A stretch of DNA of 64,000 nt from Gekko japonicus. Its lineage: Eukaryota. The notes below the pieces were generated by a model. It was not told the origin of the DNA and searched no databases. It saw only the letters and a list, made by a program, of their open reading frames with translations. The stretch spans positions 532,688 to 596,687 of the forward strand of contig NW_015165268.1 of the NCBI RefSeq assembly GCF_001447785.1, in the 5' to 3' direction. Positions 48,300 to 60,301 of the stretch are shown in pieces (position 1 is the stretch's first letter; each line of letters opens with the position of its first letter). A program made the position numbers and the translations under genes.

Positions 48300-50258
48300 T
48301 ATACACAACAGTTCAATAAAAGCATATCAACAGTCATAAAACCAAAAAATGAGAGTGGAAGGCAATGACAGTTATTGTAGGTATGCCAAACAGATCAAAG
48401 AAATCTTCACCTGCTGGCAGAAGACAACAATAGAGGGAGAAAGGCAATGGTCTGGAGTCAGGGAAGGAGTAATGTTTGTGAATGACAACAAATTATTCTG
48501 GATGGTAACGTCAAAGGAATGTGAAGAATCTTATACAGATTTACCCAAATCGGATGAATGACATGGCTTATAGCTCCTGAGATATGAATTGCAAACAGAA
48601 ATACCTATTGACAGAACACAGTATTAGTGTTAGCCCAAAACAAAACACAAAGCCAAGGATTCTAAATAGACATTTCCACAGAAATTAGGAGGGGCCAAAA
48701 CCAACAAATTCTGTAAAAATGTGACTGGAAACTGTGGCTAGGTGTCTACTGATAATTCTCTTCAGCGCTCTCCTCCTCAGAAAAATATATTTCTACTGAT
48801 GGCATGAATGGAACAATTTCTCACATAGCAAACATTAGATAAATGAAGAAACAAAGCTTCATTTGATGCAAAGAAGCTAGGTAATTCCGGTTGGATAATT
48901 CAAAATGTGATTAGGATTATATGCTTGAACGTATGAGCAATGACATCAATCCCCTTTAGGTATTACAAAAGAAATCCTCCTAGAAATTGCATCAACCTAT
49001 TTTCATGTTTTTCAGGACTCATCACAGCATGAATAGAAGAGGCGAAAACAGAAATAGGAAATATAGTGTTCCATTACTCTGTTCAGAAGCACTAATCACA
49101 TGGATGAACAATAGGTTTAAATGAACCAATTACCAGAGGACCTTACAGGTAGACATAGTTTTCCATTCTGATAATGGTATGGTCATTGGGAGCTAGTTAG
49201 AGGAACTATAACAGACTTCACAAGCACAACAGACTTTGGAAAGCACCACTGTGTGAATAAAGCTTGAAAAACTAAGGCGCAATGACCTTATAAGCAAGAA
49301 GCTAGCTCTGCTCTCATTATAAAAACAACCTTGGAGCTAATCATGTCAAAACTCGCAAAGATTCCCTGCTATGGTAAGACATTTACATAAAATAATAACA
49401 ATACTGAATATCAAAGTGCTATTCCAGGACAAGACAATATGAAATTCTAATTGTCTATCTTTGTTGTATAAACAACTCCAAATAAAGGCCATCCACAAGG
49501 TCCTCAAGAAGTTTTCTATTTCAGGGCAATGTGATGGTATCAGTCTCTGACAACCAGTCTGTTCAAATCAGCTAAGTCATTCATCTGATTGATTGACATA
49601 AGCACACCACCACTAAATAATTGCTTCTTAAAACTCAACTGGTATGAACATAATAAATATTTGCTTCATGTATTGTCAAATACATGAATATCTTGCAGTA
49701 TTATAAACACATGGCCAACACACATAATGTTATCACAAAGCACTTATTGGTTCATATTCAGAAAATTTTGGTCATAAATCCACAGGAATTTGAAAGGTAC
49801 AGTCACAGGATAAGAGGTTTTATTATAGATAACTGTAATGGTACACAGTATCCAATCAGGACTTGCATAGACAACTGTAAAAAATGAATTATTCTGGCAA
49901 CTGACTGGGAGAGCAATAGCAGCCCCATATCTCTGTATGCTTGTTCTGTCACACACACAAAATAATTAATAGCAGAAAACAAGGATGCTACCTCTTCTCT
50001 ACCTGTAATTTTGCAGGGAAGGTCCCTAAGGTGAGGGGATATCAGTCCCTCAGAATTTCATTCCAATTGGGTATTTGAGTATAAGTTACAGGTGAGAATC
50101 TGCTTCCTATTGATAATGGTATGAAAGTGGACAAGAGTAGGTGAATTTCAACCCACTAAATTTTCTATGCACATTCCTAAAAGATAATCTTTTTTTTAAA
50201 AAAAGCTATTGTTTGACAAATACTCTGTACCTACTCTTATTTCTAATTTCACCACTGG

Positions 50259-50469
50259 TAGGTCTACCAACATCCAGGAGTTGGTTGGGGATCTCCTGGG
50301 ATTACAACTGATCTCCAGGTAACAACCAGTTCCCCTGATGAAAATGGCTGCTTTGGAAGGTGGATTCCATGGCATTATACTCCACTGAAGTCCCTCCACA
50401 AATCCCATCCTCCCCAGACGTTGCCCTCAAAATCCCCAGAAATTTCCCAACCCAGAACTGGAAACCCTA
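50259..50469. mobile_element. 'tagggttgcc' family non-autonomous transposon
   Basis: gaaaatggctgctttggaaggtggattccatggcattata...ggaaacccta. Confidence 0.75.
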
Positions 50470-51165
50470 TTCACCAGAAGTAGATTGAGATATTGATCTT
50501 AAGCAGGTGTACTCAGAATCCTACTAAAGTCAATCAAGGAAGTTTGCTGCTTACTGTCAGATTCAATAGAGCAGTTGTAGTCCACAACGATTCATAAGAA
50601 TAGATTGCTTTATTACAAGTCACTATTGATACTCTTCCCTGGTCATTGTCAGGAATGAAATTCAAAGCCAAGCATGGACAGATATAGACAGTTCAAACAA
50701 ACAGGGTTGGCCAATGAATACAGTTTGTGCTCAGCAGGAATTCGAGCGGGAGGAAATCAAGGCGGGAGATAGCTTCCAGCCGTTTGATTCACCAGCCAGA
50801 TTGGGAACGGCTCCAGCAGCAGTTCTCACAGTCTTATCAACTACAAAGGCAGCACAACATTCCAGAGCCAAAACAAATGGCAAAGCGGCACTGGGAGGAT
50901 ATGAACAGAGAAATGCAGGCTAGTCCCCCTCCCACCATCATACAGCAGGCAGGTTACACAGAACATACCCAGAGTACAAATGGCAGTTTACTGACACTTA
51001 CTCCCAGGAAAGTGTTCCTAGGATTGCATAGTGAGTTTTTCATGTAACGTATGCTGGACCTCTGATAATAGGTTCAACTGTAATACATTAAAAAAAAATC
51101 TTGCCATTTTTGTCAGGCAAAAGTTTCTGGACTGCCTCTTTCTTTCTTTCTTTTTTCTTTTTAAA

Positions 51166-51409
51166 TAGGGTTGCCAGGTCCCCCTGGCCATCATTGGGGG
51201 ATGGGGGCTAGCATTGTTAGATCGAGGTTGGAAAACTCCTGGGGATTTGGGGATGGAATCTGGGGAGGACAGGGACCTCAAGGAGGCACAGTACCATAGA
51301 GTCCACCTTCAAAGCAGCCATTTTCTCCAGGGAAACTGATATCTGTAGTTTGGAGATGAGCTGTAATTCTGGGGGATCCTCAAGTCCCACCAGGAGGCTG
51401 GCATCCCTA
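51166..51409. mobile_element. 'tagggttgcc' family non-autonomous transposon
   Basis: Termini tagggttgccag / ctggcatcccta. Confidence 0.85.
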
Positions 51410-52044
51410 TATTAAAAAATCCACCTTACTCAAAATAATAGCACTAATTGTAAATGGTCATGAAATGGCTGAAAGACAATCTTTCCTAAACTGGATTTTT
51501 GAAAGGGCCTGCAGAAAGCACTTAAAGTGTTGCTATGAAATTTAATTATCATTAGGGAATTAAAAACACAACTGCTCCAGTTTTCTGATTCTTGATTATG
51601 CCAGGAAGCTGTGACCACAATGTCTTCTAATGTAAATTGAAATCCCTAATTGCTTTTTGATCTTTGAATAACCTATTTGCTAGTCTCATTAGTAGCCCTT
51701 AGCTAGAGTCCTTAACCATCAGAGGCTTATGTTGCTAATGATACCGTAAAAAATTCTTTGCAAGTTGCCATTCTACTAGTATAAAAGCATTTATATGCAA
51801 CACAAAATAAAATTCTCTTTATTTTAATATTCTCATTATATTGATGGAGAATATAGTGTCATTCTATTAATAATACTCATATAAGCAATAAAATGTAGCT
51901 TAAAATGAAGCAGGCAATGGTTTTCTTCCACAGAGATTAATTTCTATTCATTGTTCCTAACATACTGCAAGTTTGGGGTCTAGTACATTCAAGACCTTTT
52001 ATGAAGAACAATATTGGACCAATAGCTTTGCACACTCTGAATAA

Positions 52045-52697
52045 TACCCAGGGACAGCCTGGTACAAGAGAAGCCCAAAGAAAATGACAACAAAATACCA
52101 CTGGTGGTCACATACAGCTTATAACTCAAGCCAGTTCAATGTCAACCTACAACCCATGCTGGATAGTGACACTTCCCTCACAGAGGCACTGGGGGCCAAC
52201 CTTTTCTTGCTAACAGACAGCCTGCTAACCTAAAACAACTTCTCATCCGCAAAGATAAACTACTTAGAGGTGACCTGGACTCTGGTACCAAGGCCTGCAA
52301 CACACCAAGATGCCAACTTTGTTCTCATATAGATCCTAGCAACACTATCACTGGACCCAGCAACATCAGCCATACCATCTCAGGTTCATATTCCTCCTTA
52401 TTCTTCTAATGTGATTTATGTCATCACAGGTCAGCAGTGCCCTTCCACTCTCTACGTTGGACAAACAGGCCAGTCCCTTCAACAAAGAATTAATGGACAT
52501 AGGGTAACTCTGACATTAGAAACCACAACATAAAAAAGTGTGTGTGTGTGGGGGGGGATTTTAACCTTCCAGGACATTCATTTGCTGACCTCTCTTACAA
52601 AGGAATTTTAAAGGAAGATTAGGAAAAAAAGAGACTTCTGAATTGCAACTGATAATGAAGCTCAAGACCATGCAGCCTCCTGGACTGGACTGAGACT
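52045..52697 (+). mobile_element. Penelope-like element, GIY-YIG endonuclease region (degenerate)
   Basis: 52408-52500 translates NVIYVITGQQCPSTLYVGQTGQSLQQRINGH. Confidence 0.92.
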
Positions 52698-52954
52698 ATG
52701 ATGCACACCCTTTTAAGACCCACTACCCAAACCAGGGACAGGAGGCTTTCAGGAATATGTTGTGAGCAAAACCTTGCTCCCTCACAAAATATCACCAACT
52801 CCAGCACAGGAGTTCCCTATAATATACTGTCAGGCCCTGGCTACACCAGCACTGTGAGTTCTTTTTCAGGGCCCAGGGTACACACCAAACAACCACTGCC
52901 ATCTTAAAACAAAAAAGAACATTTACAGAAGAAAAGATACATTAAAAGTACAAG

Positions 52955-53150
52955 TATCAGTACAGATCAAGGTGGGCAACCAAGTTGGTCTGAAGCAATA
53001 TAAAGTTACAGTCCAGTGGCACCTTTAAGACCAATAAAGTTTTATTCAAGGTATGAGCTTTCGTGTGTAAGCACACTTCATCAGACACTGAAATAGAATT
53101 AGAAATAGCAGTCCTACATGTAGATGGTAGGTTGTAAATTAGCATGCAAA
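52955..53150 (-). mobile_element. Penelope-like terminal repeat fragment
   Basis: Minus strand ...ctgatgaagtgtgcttacacacgaaagctcatacc...ggtcttaaaggtgccactggac. Confidence 0.85.
53045..53092 (-). ncRNA. Minimal type I hammerhead ribozyme motif (Penelope-associated)
   Basis: CUGAUGA-A-[GUGUG cuua CACAC]-GAAA-GCUC^ with helix I UUCAGUGU / AUAC(CU)UGAA. Confidence 0.78.
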
Positions 53151-53792
53151 ACAGTGAAGAGCTCTTTTAACAAAAAAAAGAAGAAAGAATAACAAGCTTG
53201 GTTTAAGGCTATCATCTGTTTGGGTTCAACTGAGGAGGGGGGAACAACATAAGTAATAAATATGTCAGAATTTGAGACTGAAATTTCCCAGGCACACAAA
53301 TAATAATAATAAAAAGAATTTTAAAAATTTAAACTATACTTCTTCCCAGTTAGAGTCATCTTACAGACATAAAAATAAGTCTTACAAAGGCAAGATCAAT
53401 AATACCTTCTTCCATTCAGTCAAAGTTGATCGAAAACTGACATAAACAGCCTGCAAAGAAGCATGCTTTAGCAAAGCAGAAAGCACAGAGTTACACCCTT
53501 CCTTCATGTCAAGCATACTTCTCTAACCTGGTTTTCTCAAGCCAATTATACAGTTACCTTGAGATAAACAAGATAATGACTTGGCCATTCAACAAATTAA
53601 CTCCCCTCTGCAAAATGTTTTCCCCACCTCCTTTCACACACCAAAGGTCAAATTGCTTCAGATGACCATTAAGAATTTTCTCTTGACATGGAGTACCTGG
53701 ATGGCACATCTGTTAATAAAACATTGTAAGAGTACTGTTAACCCTTGTGTTGCAAACTGAAACAGGCTGGGGGAAAAGACAGGCCTGAGCAT

Positions 53793-54045
53793 GACAGAGA
53801 CCTAGGTTTCCTGTCTCATTACCAATGCTGATTTCTCCATGCCTACTACCCCTCTGCATATCACACCTAATCCAATCATGCCTACTATTGTCATTCGGCA
53901 TCGGAAACCGCTACACTCTCCAAGACACAAAGACAGATGGACTGGCATTCTAGTTCTATCTGAATAAGTGAGCAGTGACTGACAAAAGCTCATATTCTGC
54001 CACAAATTTGTTAGTCTTTAAGGTGCTACTGGACTCATTGATCCT
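53793..54045 (+). mobile_element. Penelope-like element 3' end with decayed hammerhead (probable continuation of 52045-52697)
   Basis: ctaggtttcctgtctcattacc...ctgaataagtgagcagtgactgacaaaagctcat...gttagtctttaaggtgctactggactc. Confidence 0.8.
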
Positions 54046-54084
54046 TTCTTCTGATACTGTGCTTAATGTCACATTTTGCTGTCT

Positions 54085-54960
54085 CTATCAACTTGGTGGA
54101 ATCAGATTTTATGGACAAGATATAAACTGACCAATGGATAAACAACTCCCAAGATTTACAAAAACAAAAATCAGAGATGGATAAGATATTGATGTATGCT
54201 GATGAGAAACCTATTAAGAAACTTTATACATTGCTTTTAGAAAATAACACCCAAGATAAGTGGCTAAAGATGTTATGATAAAGTGGGCACAAAATCTGCG
54301 TCATACTATTGAGTTAGACCAATGGTCACAGATGTGGGGGGGAAATGTAAAAATCACTATAGCAATTTCATATAAGGAAAATATGTATAATATATTTTAA
54401 AGATGGTATATTACGCCTGATAAACTGGCCAAATTTGACCCTAAATGTTCAAATGTATGTTGGAAGTGTCAAAATAATGTGGGATCCTTTTATCATATGT
54501 GGTGGTTATGTGATAAAGCAAAAAAAAAATACTGGGCCTGGATTCACGAAATTTTACAAAAAATGTAAAAATGCTTGGTACCCTTTGTCCCAGAAATATT
54601 TCAGTTGAATATTTTACCTGAAAATTGTAAAAGAAATTACTCTTGTCTTATATTGTATTTGACTACAGCTGCTAGAATACTCTGTGCCAAATATTGGAGA
54701 AGAACAGAAACACCTTTGAGAGAAGAAAATTTAAGCAAAATTTTGGAAATAGCGGAAATGGACAAACTAACTTTAATTTTGAAAGGACAACTAGAAACTA
54801 CATTTGAAAATACATGGTCAAGATTTTATAAGTGGTTTGAAGACTATACTAAGTAAAATATAGACAAAAATGTGTTAAGGACATACAAAGTTAAAATTGG
54901 ATATATTTGCAACTGATATTCTTAATGATATAAGGTAAAATATACAAATGTATGACAATT
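54085..54960 (+). mobile_element. L1 ORF2 3' fragment (C-terminal zinc finger), degenerate
   Basis: RWYITPDKLAKF...NVCWKCQNNVGSFYHMWWLCDK and YLTTAARILCAKYWR. Confidence 0.92.
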
Positions 54961-55524
54961 TAGGCATGAGTTTGTCAAAGAATAAATTGAAAGACAAGTG
55001 TACAGGATTTGCCGACCCAGGCCAGTCCAGGGATGGGAGGGAATCCTGTACTTTTTCAGTACATTAAACAACAAACCACGAGATGATCTATATCCTCTCT
55101 GGTTTTCAGAACAATATGCCACCAGAACCTCTTTTCACTAGTCCCTGCCTTTCCTAAGGGAGATATTCCAAACCCTTAATTGGCATCTGGGACAGAACAC
55201 ATTAGCAACTCATTCCAGAGATGCACACTTTTTACCAAGGTAGCGAATGGGGTGAGCGTTTAGGCCACAAGATTTAGACTTAGAATTCAGGTACAACATC
55301 AGAAACCAGATGGCAGAGAGCAGTTCCCCTGGAGAAAATGGCTGCTTTGTTGGGTGGACCCTGTGTCATTATACCCTGCTGAGGTGGCTTCCTTCCTGCT
55401 TGGGTCTCCACTGCGGAGAAAGACCACTTTTCCTTGGTAGAGGCTGCAGGTGTGTGTGGGGGTGATGGAAAGCTGAAATCAGAGGGGCAGATAAAGGTAG
55501 GTTGATGATTGGCTGGGAAGGAGA

Positions 55525-55745
55525 TTGATGCAGAATGATGCAACAGTTATTATCAGGAGCTAGGCAGAGCATGTATATCAGCCCCATTGTGCAGTCACTT
55601 CACTGGCTGCCCATCAGTTACTGGGTTCAGTTCATGGTATTGGCTATCACATACAAAGCCCTGGTACCTCATATCTGCATGACCACTTCTCCCAGTATGC
55701 TCCCTGTGACAAGTTCTTTCATCTTGCCAGGGCTTTTTGTAGGTA
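55525..55745 (+). mobile_element. L2 fragment
   Basis: ISPIVQSLHWLPISYWVQFMVLAITYKAL. Confidence 0.85.
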
Positions 55746-56282
55746 CCTATGACAAATCCCTGCTTCTTCTTTACTGTGAGGCAGATTTTTCCACCAAAAT
55801 TCTTAGTTTTTTTCAGGTACTGAGCTAGCCCCTTAGTAGCACGATTATATTTGCAGCTTTATAAATCAGAATGCCCCACCCTTTGACAGAAACTAATTTG
55901 GCTTGCCCAGCCCAGGGGAAAAAAGAGCCCTCTTTTTAGATCACTTGAAATGGTACTGGAGACTGTGTAACAGTGAACAATAATAGATATTTTATTTACT
56001 AGGCAGAGATGGTATGGTGTAGTCAGGAATTGGAAAGGCTGAGGTAAACGTTGTTGGTAAAACAGTATATTTTTCAGTTGGCAGACAAGATGGTGTTGCA
56101 GCCACTTATTTTTACAAATTCTTGTTTCTTATCAGAGAGAGGTGGTTGATTAAGTACTTTGGTTTCATTTATAATGTTTCTGCATATAGTTTCCTAAAAA
56201 CTGTTTAAGTTTTCTGGAAAGGTCACTCTTTTAGTGTATCAAATTCTTTTCCCTTTTCTGAAATCACAATGTGTTTTCTGTC

Positions 56283-56611
56283 CCCATTCTGCATCTAGCA
56301 TTTGCTCTGCTGTTTTACCAAACCCACATTGGAACAGAAATTCCGCTTTACATTGCATGCCACTTTCAATTTGACTGATTGTCGGATTTTATGGCAGTGT
56401 CCAGGCTGCATGCCACTTTAACTTCATTTGAGCTCTCAGTTTTATGGTACTGTCTGCATAGATTTATGGCCATTTTATGGCCATTCAGGGGTGACTCTTC
56501 AGTCATTACGTCATTGGCCCAGGGTATTTGAATGTGTTTTTGAGCTGCATCTTTTTCTGTTCCAGTGTGGGTTTGGTAAAACAGTGGAGCGAATGCTAGA
56601 TGCAGAATGGG
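56283..56611. mobile_element. MITE with ~58-bp TIRs
   Basis: cccattctgcatctagcatttgctctgctgttttaccaaacccacattggaacagaaa is mirrored at about 56554-56611. Confidence 0.85.
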
Positions 56612-56639
56612 CTTATAACCATTTCCTTTCACTACAGAC

Positions 56640-57255
56640 TGGGGGCTGCCTCAGTGCCATTTCCCTTTATAACTGGACAGGACTTATATTTCTTCCCTGA
56701 AAATATAATCCTATTCCTTTTAGCCTGATTAAGAGCTTCAGCCTGCTAACCAGTCACTCTTTGCCAAAATCTCAAAGCCTAGTTCTTCGCATCTGTGTGA
56801 AAACATACTTCAGCTTTAGCTGACACTAGACTCTAACTCCTTAGATGGAATTCTTTCTCAGGTTATGTTGAACACAGTTAATACCAGGAGTCTCCCCGTT
56901 TATTCAAAAGTTGAGCCTGTCTGACAGACTTCTTAGTCAGACTCTTCAGCTAGCCACTCCTTTAGCTGAACTTTTACTTTACTGAACAGTAACTACCACT
57001 CAACCCACAACAAACTCACTTTCTCCTCAGTACACAACTGATTTTATATTTCCCTCAGCTGGCACTGGCCAATGAGAGAAAAGGAGCAGCGGGCTCACCT
57101 TGCTCTGTGGTCCATGGATTCCCCTCGGCATCTGATTGTGCCGGGGAGGAACTGTGTGGCGGCTGGGGGAATCTGTCTGATCCCGCCGCCACGCTTCTCT
57201 TTTGGTGCGGCTCAAAACAGCCACACTTTGGCCACGCCTATTTCCCCCAGATTTT
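56640..57255 (-). mobile_element. Possible LTR
   Basis: Minus-strand ATATAAAA (about 57041-57048) preceded by a CCAAT box (57068-57072) and a CpG-rich patch. Ends not resolved. Confidence 0.35.
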
Positions 57256-57935
57256 GATAATGGTGATTGTGATTGTTGTTTCATATAATTATGAAAAATT
57301 GCAAATCTACTGCTATCAGTAAATAGTTAATAATGATGATATATCTTCCCATACCTTACATTATTGTTAGCTGTGTGCTTCTTTGATAGAGATGTCATTT
57401 TATCTGTCTCAAATTTGGCAGGCAAGAGTCCATAGCTGAGAGGACTAGCCCTTGAAAATGTCATCCCAAGTGGATGGGGGGAAAGGAGGCACAGTAAAAA
57501 AAAAGTTTCTCTTTGAATCCACTACTAACTCAAACAAACATCTTTGTTAACTAACTAAACTGAAATTAAAAAAGAGGTGAGGTTTTTTTAAAAAATAGAA
57601 AACCTAAAATGAAAAATTTTGGGGAGATGGCTTGAGTTTTTGTAGTCAAGAGTTTACTTTTGGAAAATGCCAAAGAGTCAGCATAGAATATGTAGTCACA
57701 AGGTTATTAATCATTCTTCATTGCTATATAAAAAATCAAATCAATGTTTCGTTTGTGTGGCATATTGAGCCAAAAACTACCCAGATAGGGGTCATTATTT
57801 TAAGTCACACACAAAGGTTAAACCAGGAGCAAACTCTAGCTAGACAGGACTGTAGTGAGAGTACTTTCTTTCTAAAGAGGCTTCTTCTTGTCTGTCTGCA
57901 GAATGCTACTCTTAGACTTCTAGAACAGTCTACAA

Positions 57936-58755
57936 TAGGGATGGACATGAACTGGGAAAATGGTAATTTGTTGGGGTTCATAGTTCGTTTGATTAAATGA
58001 ATCATGAACCACGATTATACAAACCTTTTCTCTTTCCTGAGCCAGTTTGGGTTTTTTATGTTTGTGAGTTTGGTAGGTGGTATAATTTAAAATGCTTTTG
58101 GAGCCCACCTCCGGGTTGGGTCGGCTGGACTGAGCTCCAAGAGTGAACTTCGAAGGCCTTTATAGGCCTTTGGAGATCACTCTAGGAGCTCAGTCGACTC
58201 CAGGGCCCCAACTTGACTGAGATCCCAGAGTGGGCTCTGAAGGCTTTTATAGGCCTTATATGGGCAGGCACCACCTGGAAGTGGGCTCTGAAGGCCTATA
58301 AAAGCTTTCAGGGCCCAATTTGTGGGCTCCAAAGGCCTATATAGGCCTTCACTCTTAGAGCTCAGTCAGGCCAGCCCGACCCAAAGGTGGGCTCCGAAAA
58401 TATTTAAATGTCTTTTGAACTCACTTCTGGTCAGAAGGCCTGACTCAAATGTAAGCTCTGAAGCATTTAAATGTTTTTGGAGCTTACTTGGGTGGGGCTG
58501 CGAGCTGGTGGTGGGCTCTGATGGTATTTAAATGCCTTCAGAACTCACGTCTTGGTGGCCCACCAGACCCAGAAGTAAGCTCTAAAAGCATTTAAATGTC
58601 TTTGGAGCCCAATAATGTGTCTCCCATGAACCTCACAAACTTCCACAAAAAACATGGAGGTTTGTGGGCAGATCATGGGAGCTTTGTTGTCCCAGACCCC
58701 TGGCTTGTGAACCATTAACCAGCCTGGTTCATTTGAGGGTTCATGCCCATCCCTA
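57936..58755. mobile_element. Non-autonomous hAT element (820 bp) with internal palindromic subrepeats
   Basis: TIR tagggatggacatgaac / gttcatgcccatcccta. Perfect 8-bp TSD gtctacaa (57928-57935, 58756-58763). Confidence 0.93.
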
Positions 58756-58790
58756 GTCTACAATTCTCTCTCAACTAGTAAGGCAACTAG

Positions 58791-59332
58791 GGCTCCGGTC
58801 ACAGGGCCAGGAAAATGCGGGGGGGGGGAAGCGTGGCTGTTTGCCCCGGGGCAAACTAACGCACGGTTAAGTGATCAGACCTCCCGTGGAGGTCCTGTGG
58901 AGGTACCGTGGAGGTTCCGTGGGTAGGGAGAGGTGCCGATCACAGGACTACCCTGCACGCAACGAAGAAGCGCGCGGTGCGGCAAACTGGTTTTCTTTTT
59001 TTTGTGTACACGACGGATGTGTATGCTCCGTTGGATGCGTGTGCTCATCCATGGAGACTTGGGAGGAAAAAAACCTTTTTTGCAAGGGAACATGGTCGGG
59101 CGCCGGATGCCACCGGAAATTGCAAGGGAACATGGTCGGGCACCGGATGCCACCGGAAACGCAATCAGATGTCCGCCCTTCCCCCGCAGTTTCCGCAGCG
59201 CATTTTCGCCGGGAAGCCTCGGTTGTGCCACGGAAGCGCTACACTTCCCAGATGTGCCGGTGAGATCGCGCCCGGAAAATCCGCCTGTCTTCCGTCTCTC
59301 TTGCATGGCTAATGTTCCGTGTGACCGCAGCC
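58791..59332. mobile_element. Young CpG-rich PIF/Harbinger-type MITE
   Basis: TIR ggctccggtcaca / tgtgaccgcagcc, 3-bp TSD tag/tag, internal 40-bp tandem duplication at 59081-59160. Confidence 0.9.
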
Positions 59333-59610
59333 TAGGTTTATCTCTTCACTTTCCTAGCCAGTTTGTTAGATCCAAAAATAAAGCTTTTTGTTACTCTCAA
59401 CCTGTTCGGTGTTCTAACAGCTACATAGGCACTATTACTTTTTTTGGGTCCTTGTGCAGTCTTGGCTGAATTGGAAAGTATGTGAAATCACACTGATAAA
59501 TATAGTTGCCAGGCAGTGGCTGGAACAGGTGAGAGGGCTGTTAAGGAGCAGCATCTCAGTAAAACAAGAAAGAAAAAAGAAAAAATGCTTCATCTACATA
59601 CAGAAATGTC

Positions 59611-59778
59611 TGACCATAGTGTTCCTGGCTATTCCTACAACTACCTGGAAGTGACAAGAGTAGCTCTAGGAATAATCAGAAAAATCTATGGTCATCTTAC
59701 CATAGAGTTCCTGGTGATTTCTACAGCTACTCTTGTCACTTCTGGCAGCTCTAGGAATAACCAGGAACACTATGGTCA
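59611..59778. repeat. Long imperfect palindrome (transposon internal segment)
   Basis: tgaccatagtgttcctggctattcct...aggaataaccaggaacactatggtca with inner arms gaagtgacaagagtagct / agctactcttgtcacttc. Confidence 0.8.
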
Positions 59779-60101
59779 AAACTTCCTGTAAGTTGATAAG
59801 GCTTTATTTTTCCTCCCAGGATGCTTTCCCTGCAACAACCCTCCCACCTGTTCCAGGCACTGCCTCACAACCCTACTTATCAGTATGATTTCATACACTT
59901 TCTAATTCAGCTAAGACTTGGTTATCAATATGAGAATTTTAAACATTTTGTTTATACATTGTCATTTTTTTTCTATTTACAATACACATAGTCTTTCTGA
60001 CAAGATCCAAGTTCTGATATGATCACCAGCAAGTTCATTTATGTAGCTACAACCTATCACAAAACTGTCCATCGATAAGTCGCTTTTGCCAGTCCACTCA
60101 C

Positions 60102-60301
60102 CCCCACTCATAATATTCTCCTGGCTTTTCCCAACTATACATATTCCCTGGGACTGACTGATAGAAGAACATCTCCTCAAAATCCCATTGAATCTCTTAG
60201 AAGCCATATGGATTTTCAATTGGATCAGGAATATATGTTTCTCAAATCCCATATTCTCATTAGGTGGTTTTGACAAGGCATTTTCACCTTTAATTTCCAG
60301 G
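60102..60301 (-). other. Candidate exon (200 nt)
   Basis: Acceptor tagctttcgttttacag|C and donor GGG|gtgagt. One open frame, product not recognised. Confidence 0.3.

Noticed and set aside
58090-58610. CRISPR-like repeat array
   Set aside because: Eukaryotic context. Repeats are degenerate, irregularly spaced and inside a TSD-flanked hAT element.
58871-59469. Cluster of overlapping 130-178-aa ORFs or a CpG-island promoter
   Set aside because: Explained by a GC-rich MITE with TIRs and TSD that has few stop codons.
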